Positions 24,096 to 35,380 of a stretch of 64,000 nucleotides of DNA are shown here, piece by piece. The notes under the pieces are model-generated. The model had not been told where the DNA came from. It ran no database searches and saw only the letters and a list, made by a program, of their open reading frames with translations. Each line of letters starts with the position of its first letter. Position 1 is the stretch's first letter. The position numbers and the translations under genes are program-made. The stretch is from Anthoceros angustus. Taxonomy: Eukaryota > Plantae > Anthocerotophyta. The stretch spans positions 496,001 to 560,000 of the forward strand of contig VJWM01000108.1 in NCBI GenBank assembly GCA_010909165.1, given 5' to 3'.

Positions 24096-27000
24096 ATGAG
24101 TCCTACATGGGCTGGTGAGGCACATTCAGATAGGTTCTTTAAGCTCGTATATCGCTACTATTGTGATAAAGGGCTTCTTTGCATTATTGTTCAATGGATT
24201 GCGGAGCTTTTTACCTTAGGATTTATACTTATGTTCTCTGGTTTCTTATTGTTGTTTGTAAATTGGAAAGGAGTACTAACTTGTGGGTCGGGTGGGGAGC
24301 CTTGTAACATTAGTGCTTCATGTTTTTATGATCATCCTCTCCAAAATGTGAGTCCCTTCAAGGTTGTTGTTATTATTTATTTGACCATATTCGGTGCATA
24401 TTGGGTGTTCTATTTCTTGCATTTTTTCACTCGTCTACGTGACACACTGGAGATTCGCAATTTTCTCCATAAAAGGTATGAAATGTTCACTCTTGGAATG
24501 CCCATTTTTTTGCAAGTGTGTCACCATGAAAATCCAATATTGTTGTAAAGTACTTACTATAATATTTTTACTAAAATTTGTCTACGAAGTTATATATATT
24601 GGAGAGTATTTATGGTCGTATGAATTGAACACTACCGTAGTGATGATTCAAAGACCAATTGTTTCAAATGTAGTACTATATATAAATAAATTATTATTAA
24701 CTTTGTTGAAACTCAATCTAAAGTACTAGAATGTTTTGTCGAAATTAGCAAAAAAAATTTACAAGTTGGACATGTCCATGTAAAAAACATGAAAGATACA
24801 TTTGATAGTTGTTTTTATGATCGACCACTCTACAGTTTGAGAGTTGGAGAGACTGAGCTACAAACTATCTCGTGGCCGACTCTACTAAATAAATTGGTCG
24901 AATATGAAGGCTGCATGCGAGTTGTGCAACAATTATCTGCCCACGATATTGTTTCTTGTATTATGAGGAAAGAAAACTACTTGATCGGTTTCATGAACAA
25001 AGGCATTATTGCCTTACCTATTCCTCAATGGTTACCTGGAGCAGGGCCCTTTGTTGGTCGTGATAATTTTGGTAGAAAAAAACGTCTAATACTGACAAAA
25101 ACACTAGAATGGAGCATAAATTGGTGTGTATTACAATACATGTTTGACAGGTACCTCAAATCCTAGTAACTTTGTATTCATTGGGTATTCCTTAGAAGTA
25201 GGATAATTCATTACTCAAATAGCTCTTCTAGATGTACAACATAGGTCTTACTTTATCATGACTTTTATGGTCTTTTCCCAAGTTGTTCTATGCCATACTA
25301 GTTATCTCATGTCATTCTATTCAATAGAACAAGAATGTTATAGATTGTCTTTTGTTAGCTAGTTTAAAATGAAGTATTGGGAAGTTTTCCTACATGTTGG
25401 AATATTCCCCACTAAAAGTAAATCTGAAAATTCAGCCTATATAGCCTTGCCAAATGGCAGCTACTAAAGCTTCAATTCAAATGATCACCCAAGTTTGGGA
25501 GGAATTTGATGGTTGAGTTAGGAAAGGAAACTTTGCAGAGACTGCTTTTTAAGAAGGGATTTTATCAATGATCCATCTCGAACACGGAAGAGATTGGTGG
25601 CTCTTGGAGCTTTCATGTTGATACTTTCACCATTTTATACTATTTTCATGCTCGTGTATTTTTTCTTGCAAAATGCTGAACATTTCTATCACAAGCCAAG
25701 TATTGGAGGATCTCGCCAATGGTCAAATCTTGCCAAGTGGACATTTCGAGAATTCAATGAGGTAAATTATATATACTTAATCATTTTAATTAGTTATAGA
25801 TAGATTTAAGCCTAATCAATGATCATCAAGGTTAAAATTATTGGTCATATTGTGCCTTCAAAACATGACTTGAAAACAGGCCTCATTGTAAGATTTATTT
25901 AAAAGAGAAGCGGTAATAAAATATCATAATATGCACAGGTAGATCATATGTTCAAATGCAGATTGGATGCAAGTTATAAACATGCTATGGAATACGTAAA
26001 ACAGTTTCCTTCTCCAATCATTCCAATAATTGCTAGGTCAATCTCATTTATAGCAGGAGCATTTGGAGCCATGCTTCTAGCAGTAGCTTTAATCAATGAA
26101 TCTCTTCTCCAAGCATCGGCAAGCTACTCTTCATACTTTGCAAACTTCACCTATTTACTGCTGTAGCTGTACGTATTGTTAGGTGTATATTTAAGGACAG
26201 CAAAAACCAAAACACTAGGTTGGTACTGCAAATCAGATTGCACTTTAAATTATTATGTATCTAATCATACTCTAAAAAACTGGACAGCTTTACGGACACG
26301 AGTTGGTTTGGTATGCAGCTGTTTGTGGCGGCATTCTTGCTTTCAGTAGATCTCTCATTCCCAAGGACCTCCATAATTTATTTATTCCTCAACAAGAAAT
26401 TTATAAAGTTGCACAACATACACATTACATGCCAAAACATTGGTTTGGAGTAGAGAATATGGATGCAGTTCGTTCTGAGTTTAATACTTTTTTCCAGGTT
26501 TGTAATCTCTTGAACAACTACCGAGTAGAAATCTTGATGCACAGAGAAGGATGGTTTCACATTAAAAGTGATAGGCTATCCTAATTAAAAACAAAGGGGG
26601 TAGACACAATTAGCATGAAGAAAACTGCAACTAAGTTCTCTTACCTCTCATATCATAGAAGAGAAATGAAAACCTTTCAAAATATTTTTTAAGAAAGGAT
26701 ATTATGCTACGGGATTGTGTTGATCAAGACCATTTCTAGTGAAAATAGAGGGAGAGATATATAAGACCATTTTCAGTCTTTGTTTCATAATTGACACTAA
26801 ACCTTATTAATTCATGTGCAGTGGGAAGGTATGACCTTTATAGAAGAAATGGCTTCCATTTTTGTAACTCCTTATATTTTATGGTTTTTGCTTCCCAAGG
26901 TACAATAAACCATTTTCGTATTCATGAAAGTTGCTTTATTGAGTTGTACATTCCTATACTTTGTATGACCATATATGTGGAAGATCATATCCAAATTCTT

Positions 27001-28113
27001 CACATAAAAAGTGTTCTAGAAACTTTAGATGGTGATGAAATATTGAAACTTAAAGAAGTCACGTTCTAACCTACAAGGATTGCTTATTTTACATTGGCAG
27101 TGCGTTGATGATTTAATTTTATTTGTACAAGAATTCACAATGCACGTGGAAGGAATAGGTCATGTTTGCAGGTCAGCATAGTAACTTTCCTTGTATTCTT
27201 TATCTAGTTTATAAATTTGAAAGCAGTGTACTAAATAGAGGATATGATAAAAATTAAGTCATGTATTTACCCTATTTATCCTCGTTTTTGTTACTTCGAA
27301 GAAACAGATAAGCATTAAGTCATATCTTTACCTGTTTATCTCTATTTTTGTTACTTCAAGGAAATTTTGAAGTCCTCTTGAATTCTTAGTATACTCCTAG
27401 CTCCTTATGCGTGTACGTAAACTTTGCAAATATTCAATCATTATGGGTTGAGGGTGATCTTCCAGGTTGTAACTTCATGTTTCCCCTGCCCTAATAAAGT
27501 GTATTTAATGTACAACACATACCTATATAATTGATTGATTGAGAGTGTAAATTTATTTTCTTATGTTTTTTACTCTTATTATTTTAAAATATTAATTTAA
27601 ATACAATGTGTGCATGTTTCAACTGCTTTGATTAGAAGAGCACTCGGCCTTGATGAGAAGATCATTTGTCATTCTTCTAGAAAAGATGACAAGATCATTC
27701 GTCATTCTTTTTTTTTTTCTAGATTAAAATCTTGTTGTTTATCGACGCATTGTGAATTGGACGGAAGAAGCTAGAGAAGTCATACTAAATTTAATCCTGA
27801 TTGGAAGTATGCTAAATTTAACTTTTGTTTCATGTTGATAGCTTAAGTATGTTTGACTTCAAATGTCACGGTAATAGCAAATATGGATCACCATTTCATT
27901 CGGCAAAAGACAAAAGGAGCTCTCAAGGAAAAATGGAGAAGTCATTCTTAAGGTATGACAACAGCTCATAACCTTCTTGTGTTTGTTTTACTACAGAAAT
28001 GATGTTTGTTTTTGTGTTGGCGGCTAAGCAATTATCCTTCTTGGGAACCAAACAATCAAGGAAAGCTTTTCCTGTCCTCTCTGGCTAATTATAAAAATAC
28101 TATATCACAGTGA
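24096..28113 (+). CDS. ATG9: Autophagy-related protein 9 (lipid scramblase), compact multi-exon form; last two exons duplicated, with the intact last-exon copy ending at 29992
   Basis: DRFFKLVYRYYCDKGLLCIIVQWIAELFTLGF; LSAHDIVSCIMRKENYLIG; LTKTLEWSINWC; SRQWSNLAKWTFREFNE; YVKQFPSP; HTHYMPKHW; HVEGIGHVC; HGNSKYGSP..SQGKMEKSFL; YPSWEP. Confidence 0.93.
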
Positions 28114-31100
28114 AAAGAGTGGTCCACGGTCTAAATTCCCTCTGAGGCTCTACACTTACTTTTTATAAGTCTTCAAGTTGGATCATGCTAGATCATAATG
28201 CTTTGGAGCTGCGTTTAAGCGTAAGGGATTGCCATTGCAATGAATATTTGAAATGTAGCTATCAATTGCATTAACTTCGAGTAAATTATGAATAATTTTT
28301 AAATTAAAATTTATCCTTTGAGTAAATTATGAATAATTTTTAAATAAAATTGATCATATATTTATCTAATATATAATATTATCTTCTATAATGGGAGGGG
28401 AGATGGAGTGAGGTCATTAAAATCTATGCTTAGTGTACATCAGTAAAATTTTCTTCTTTGTCATGCAGTCAGACTATGCGTAACCTCTCTTCTTTGATAC
28501 AATGCTTATCACAAATTGGCTCATTGTGTAGTACTGGTATGAGAAGCTTTTTCCTGCTTGGATGCCTAGATTTGTTATGTTTTCTCGAAGGGCTTCATAG
28601 TGGTCCTAAAAGGCTTTGTAACAACGATCCCGTTGGGCTTCCGAGGGCCTAGAAGGGCTTTGTAACAACGATCCTGTAGGGCTTGAGGGCCTAGAAGGGC
28701 TTTGTAACAACGATCCCGTAGGGGCTTAGGGCCTAGAAGGGCTTTACAATAAACGCTCCCCTTACTTAGGAAGGGCTTTACAATGAACAGCTCCGTAGGA
28801 AGGGATTTGTAAGACGCGGCCAAGTAGGGATTGAGAAACCCCGAGGGCTAAGTAGGGCTTGAGAAACCCCAAAGAGCTTTACAATCGGCGGTCCCGTATG
28901 CCTTCGGAGGGCCCCCAAGGACCTCATAAATGTGTGTCCAAATGGCTTCGGCCAAATGGAAACACATTAATAAGAAAACCTGCACTTAGATCGGTACTTA
29001 GATTGGGTGCCTAGAGGGAGTGGATACCCTTAGTGCAAGTACCTTTGGCACACCATGGTACCAAGTTATATACCAAGTCCCATGACAAAATTCCATCCAA
29101 GTGAATTTGAAAGCGGTACTAAATAGAGGATATGATAAAAATTAAGTCATGTATTTACCCTATTTATCCTCGTTTTGTTACTTGAAACAGATAAGCATTA
29201 AGTCATATCTTTACCTGTTTATCTCTATTTTTGTTACTTCAAGGAAATTTTGAAGTCCTCTTGAATTCTTAGTATACTCCTAGCTCCTTATGCTAATGTA
29301 AACTTTGCAAATATTCAATCATTATGGGTTGAGGGTGATCTTCCAGTTGTAACTTCATGTTTCCCCCTAATAAAGTGTATTTAATGTACAACACATACCT
29401 ATATAATTGATTGATTGAGAGTGTAAATTTATTTTCTTATGTTTTACTCTTATTATTTTAAAATATTAATTTTAAAATACAATGTGTGCATGTTTCAACT
29501 GCTTTGATTAGAAGAGCACTCGGCCTTGATGAGAAGATCATTTGTCATTCTTCTAGAAAAGATGACAAGATCATTCGTCATTCTTTTTTTTTTCTAGATT
29601 AAAATCTTGTTGTTTATCGACGCATTGTGAATTGGACGGAAGAAGCTAGAAGTCATACTAAATTTAATCCTGATTGAAGTATGCTAAATTTAACTTTTGT
29701 TTCATGTTGATAGCTTAAGTATGTTTGACTTCAAATGTCACGGTAATAGCAAATATGGATCACCATTTCATTCGGCAAAAGACAAAAGGAGCTCTCAAGG
29801 AAAAATGGAGAAGTCATTCTTAAGGTATGACAACAGCTCATAACCTTCTTGTGTTTGTTTTACTACAGAAATGATGTTTGTTTTTTTGTGTTGGCCAGCT
29901 TCCAAAGCAATTATCCTTCTTGGGAACCAAACAATCAAGGAAAGCTTTTCCTGTCCTCTCTGGCTAATTATAAAAATACTATATCACAGTGAAAAGAGTG
30001 GTCCACGGTCTAAATTCCCTCTGAGGCTCTACACTTACTTTTTATAAGTCTTCAAGTTGGATCATGCTAGATCATAATGCTTTGGAGTGCGTTTAAGCGT
30101 AAAGGGATTGCCATTGCAATGAATATTTGAAATGTAGCTATCAATTGCATTAACTTCGAGTAAATTATGAATAATTTTAAATTAAAATTTATCCTTTGAG
30201 TAAATTATGAATAATTTTAAATAAAATTGATCATATATTTATCTAATATATAATATTATCTTCTATAATGGGAGGAGATGGAGTGAGGTCATTAAAATCT
30301 ATGCTTAGTGTACATCAAGAAAATTTTCTTCTTTGTCATGGGTACTATGCGTAACCTCTCTTCTTTGATACAATGCTTATCACAAATTGGCTCATTGTGT
30401 AATCGGTATGAGAAGCTTTTTCACCTTGGATGCCTAGATTTGTTATGTTTTCTCGAAGGGCTTCATAGTGGTCCTAAAAGGCTTTGTAACAACGATCCCG
30501 TTGGGCTTCCGAGGGCCTAGAAGGGCTTTGTAACAACGATCCTGTAGGGCTTCCGAGGGCCTAGAAGGGCTTTGTAACAACGATCCCGTAGGGCTTCCGA
30601 GGGCCTAGAAGGGCTTTACAATAAACGCTCCCCTTACTTAGGAAGGGCTTTACAATGAACAGCTCCGTAGGAAGGGATTTGTAAGACGCGGCCAAGTAGG
30701 GATTGAGGGCTAAGTAGGGCTTGAGAAACCCCAAAGAGCTTTACAATCGGTCCCAGTATGCCTTGAGGGCCCCAAGGACCTCATAAATGTGTGTCCAATG
30801 CCAAATGGAAACACATTAATAAGAAAACCTGCACTTAGATCGGTACTTAGATTGGGTGCCTAGAGGGAGTGGATACCTTAGTGCAAGTACCTTTGGCACA
30901 CCATGGTACCAAGTTATATACCAAGTCCCATGACAAAATTCCATCCAAGTGAATTTTGAAATGTAGCTATCAATTGCATTAACTTCGAGTAAATTATGAA
31001 TAATTTTAAATTAAAATTTATCCTTGAGTAAATTATGAATAATTTTAAATAAAATTGATCATATATTTATCTAATATATATTATCTTCTATAATGGGAGG

Positions 31101-31791
31101 AGATGGAGTGAGGTCATTAAAATCTATGCTTAGTGTACATCAAGAAAATTTTCTTCTTTTGTCATGCGATTACTATCTAACCTCTCTTCTTTGATACAAT
31201 GCTTATCACAAATTGGCTCATTGTGTAATCTTGGTATGAGAAGCTTTCCTGCTTGGATGCCTAGATTTGTTATGTTTTCTCGAAGGGCTTCATAGTGGTC
31301 CTAAAAGGCTTTGTAACAACGATCCTGGGCTTAGGGCCTAGAAGGGCTTTGTAACAACGATCCTGTAGGGCTTGAGGCCTAGAAGGGCTTTGTAACAACG
31401 ATCCCGTAGGGCTTAGGGCCTAGAAGGGCTTTACAATAAACGCCCCCTTACTTAGGAAGGGCTTTACAATGAATGACTCCGTAGGAAGGATTTGTAAGAC
31501 GCGGCCAAGTAGGGATTGAGAAACCCCGAGGGCTAAGTAGGCTTGAGAAACCCCAAAGAGCTTTACAATCGGCGGTCCCGTATGCCTTCGGAGGGCCCCC
31601 AAGGACCTCATAAATGTGTGTCCAAATGGCTTCGGCCAAATGGAAACACATTAATAAGAAAACCTGCACTTAGATCGGTACTTAGATTGGGTGCCTAGAG
31701 GGAGTGGATACCCTTAGTGCAAGTACCTTTGGCACACCATGGTACCAAGTTGTTAAGTACCAAGTCCCATGACAGAAAATTCCATCCAAGT
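27214..31791. repeat. Serial tandem duplication: A ~27214-29103, B ~29104-30951, partial C ~30952-31791
   Basis: Near-identical blocks containing the ATG9 3' exons and downstream repeat DNA; junctions at AATTTGAAA-type microhomology. Confidence 0.9.
28604..28890. repeat. ~40-bp tandem unit (GGGCCTAGAAGGGCTTTGTAACAACGATCC...), probable TE-associated subrepeat; also present at ~30470 and ~31300
   Basis: Directly visible repeats decaying into GGGCTTTACAAT variants; no coding potential. Confidence 0.7.
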
Positions 31792-32269
31792 GGACTGAAA
31801 TAGACTTCTTCTTCTACATCCCTTCCTTCCCCTCTCCAATGCCTCCATCTCACCCCTTCAAACCTTCTTTTGTGCTCTTCTGTGCAAGACCTCACCCGTG
31901 CTGGCGATGGACTCCACCCACCCCCCGCCCCCTGCCCCACCTCTAGGACATCTACTTGCTCTTTTTGTGCTATCTCATAACATGGATTTCACCTATGAAC
32001 ACGTGAACTTATGGAAGTTGGCACCATGTGAGGTTTATAATATATAAAATATTTTTATACTAAAAAATGGAAAAAATCTTAAAGACATAAGTTGAGGAAG
32101 ACATCAACCAATTCACAAGAATTTTAAAAGTGGAGCGAATCCTACAAGTGGAGCAAAACCACTCCAAAGGGATGAGTAGTTGAGGGACTAACTTTATCTC
32201 TCGCTCTTGTGCCGATAAACTTGTCCAACGAGTTGAAGTGCAATTGCTTTATTTGGTCCTCTTTGATGC

Positions 32270-33720
32270 CGACTCCCAATCCCGAGAGCGGAATTCCGGT
32301 CCCGCGAGCGGACTCCGCGTCCCGGGAGCGGACTCCCGATCCTAGCCTCGGGGTCCCGACGCGGGAGTTAATTCCAAGTTCCGGCAGCGGACTCCGCGTC
32401 CCGGGAGCGGACTCCCGATCCTAGCCTCGGGGTCCCGACGCGGGAGTTAATTCCAAGTTCCGGCAGTCCCGATACGGCAGTGGACTCCCAATCCTGGGAC
32501 TGCCAATGAGTAGTGATTTGGAAGTGTCCCAGTCCCAGGAGTCTAAGGGAGTGGAGTCCTAGTCCTGGGAGTCCCGACCCGAAAGTGATGTCCCAGTCCC
32601 AGGAGTCCTAAGGGAGTGGAGTCCTAGTCCCGGGAGTCCCGACCGGAAGTCATGTCCCAGTCCCAGGAGTCCTGAGAGAGTGTAGTCCTAGTCCTGGGAG
32701 TCGCGATCTGGAAGTGATGTCCCAGTTCCAAAGAGTCCTAAGGGAGTAAAGTCCTAGTCCCGGGAGTCCCGACCCGAGTAGTGAAGTCCCAGTCCCAGGA
32801 GTCCCGAGCCGTGAGTCCCAGCCCTGGGAGTCCCGACCCGTGAGTCGGGACTGCTGTGTCCTAGTCCAGGGAGTCCCGCGCCGACTAATGGAGTCCCAGA
32901 CCCGGGAGTCCCGACCCCTGTGTCCAAATCCTTGGAGTCCCGACCAGTGAGTCCGAATCCCGACTCAGGAGTCAGACCAGTGAGTCCGAGAGTTCCAGTC
33001 CTGAGAATCCTGACTGAGGATAGTCCTGTCTCGGAGTCTGAGCCCAGGTCCTGCCCCGGAGTCCCAGTCCCATCCTGGAGTGTCCGAGTCTGGTCCTCAG
33101 AGTTCTGGTCCTGGGAGTCCTGACTTTGGAGTAGAGTCCCAGTCCCGGGAGTCCTGACTGGAAGTCATGTCCCAGTCCCAGGAGTCCTGAGAGAGTGTAG
33201 TCCTAGTCCTGGGAGTCGCGATCTGGAAGTGATGTCCCAGTTCCAAAGAGTCCTAAGGGAGTAAAGTCCTAGTCCCGGGAGTCCCGACCCGAGTAGTGAA
33301 GTCCCAGTCCCAGGAGTCCCGAGCCGTGAGTCCCAGCCCCGGGAGTCCCGACCCGTGAGTCGGGACTGCTGTGTCCTAGTCCAGGGAGTCCCGCGCCGAC
33401 TAATGGAGTCCCAGACCCGGGAGTCCCGACCCCTGTGTCCAAATCCTTGGAGTCCCGACCAGTGAGTCCGAATCCCGACTCAGGAGTCAGACCAGTGAGT
33501 CCGAGAGTTCCAGTCCCGAGAATCCCGACCGAGGATAGTCCCGTCTCGGGAGTCTGAGCCCAGGTCCTGCCCCCGGAGTCCCAGTCCCATCCCGGGAGTG
33601 TCCGAGTCTGGTCCTCAGAGTTCTGGTCCCGGGAGTCCCGACTTTGGAGTAGAGTCCCAGTCCCGGGAGTCCCGACCCGGAAGTGGAGTCCCAGTTCCGG
33701 GAGTCCCACCCCGGGAGTGC
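32270..33720. repeat. GC-rich complex repeat array built on (GGG)AGTCCC/GACTCCC motifs, with internal 79-bp and ~515-bp duplications; probable non-autonomous TE or satellite
   Basis: Dozens of AGTCC(C) motifs; 32645-33159 is repeated at 33160-~33680. Confidence 0.85.
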
Positions 33721-35380
33721 GGCTTTTTTTCGCTGGGAATTGCTCGGAACTGCTTGTATTGATTCCTCTCCGGATTGCCTCTGCCGAAGAGTTCTAGGAA
33801 ATCATGTAAGGTGCGCCATTTCAATGTGCATCGATTGAGCCATGGCTCATGGATCGCTGGTGCGTACATTTTCCTCTGTCCCAATGCTCCATTGTGAGGG
33901 AGTAGGGTAGGGAGTGAGCAAAGGACCAATGCCAGCTGGTGGTGGTGCCCCCTTGCCAAGATTATGCAAAAAACATAAGGCTGGTTAGCTCTGTTGTTGT
34001 TGTGCCTCTGAACACTGGTAGTTGTGCCTCTGAAAAGATCAGTACCAGTGTTCAGGAGCATGCGTACAACTCAAGGACTAGGCTGAGCAATCCAAGATCA
34101 TTGATAACTAATGAGCCAATCCAGTACCTCCTCACCACATGACTTCCTTGAGGCATGCTGAACCTCCCCGGGCAGAAAGGAGTGGACAAAGATCAGCCGT
34201 GAAAGGAATTTTGACGGTAGGACAAACCGAAAGATCATCAAACCATGATGGTGTTTTGTGCATGCCAGACATACTGTGTATGCTCACTCTCAGATTGTGT
34301 GTTGTCCTGAGCCTCCTTAACAGAATGTGCTTTGTCAGAACTGTTTAGGAATCCGTGCGTGCTGAAGCTTGAAGAAGGCACAGCAGGAGGTGGACTCGGT
34401 TGTCGGGGAGGAACGTTCACCAAGCCCAGCCGACGACAGATCCCGGCTGAAACGACTTCCGTCCCAAGCCTTTAGGCTTGAAGTAAAAGGAGGCCGTGTG
34501 GAACACACAATTTCGCTCGGCTGCGTATCAGGTCTTGTTCTGAGGATTCATTCCAAAAACACCTGCCTGCCAATAAAAACAAGCAGCAGCCCATGGTGCG
34601 ATGCCGTGAGCTGTTGAATACCCCTTGGATGATACCGATCGAACAGAAGGAGCCAAACCCTTCTTTGCGAGGTTGCGGACGTGCCCCTCGCCCTCAAAAC
34701 CTAAGAGATGGCGCCGTCGACAGACTTACCTGCGGCGGAAAGCACGCAACATCCTCTACATGCCACAACCGGAAGAGGCTCCCTGCACCCTGCAACAATC
34801 CACCAAACCTTGAGCAAAGCGGGCTCCGCTGCAGCCCGCGCTCGGCCGTCCTACTGCTGCACTGCGCCTTGTTAGGCGCAGTGCAGCAGTTAAGTTACGA
34901 AGGCACCTGTTTACTTTAAAATACAGTAGGTATTAAAAACGAATAAGATTTGACGTGGCACACACAGCACACTACTTTCAAGAACTCCTTCACTCGCCTA
35001 GGGTTGTTGTTTCTTTTGGGCTCGTTTTCGTCTCGGCAGGTGCAATCAGCTACGTCTTCTTCTGCGTGAGCTGGGACAGTCGACAAGCGTGCTGAGCTCC
35101 ATGCTAACGCACAAAATATATAAGAAGACGTGGAATGTGTAAAGAAGTGGGCACTTTCTATGATATTGAGATTATTGTATCAACGCTTTCTGGCTCAAAA
35201 TATGTTAAATGGAGTTGTATTGTTATGGAGTTCGAATGGATATTTATTCAATCAAGTTTATGTTATCCATTTTTATGGATAACAAAGCTGAATTGTTATG
35301 GGACTAAGTGCAAAGAGGAACTCTTTTAACACTTATACCTAGATGCATATTATAATGTTGTTTAGCAAAATTTAATCAAG

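Noticed and set aside
34190-34245. Box C/D snoRNA-like TGATGA...CTGA on the minus strand with similarity to antisense 18S rRNA (CCGTCAAAATTCCTTT)
   Set aside because: The box spacing is only ~50 nt, the guide has a 2-nt bulge and is not adjacent to the D box; likely chance.
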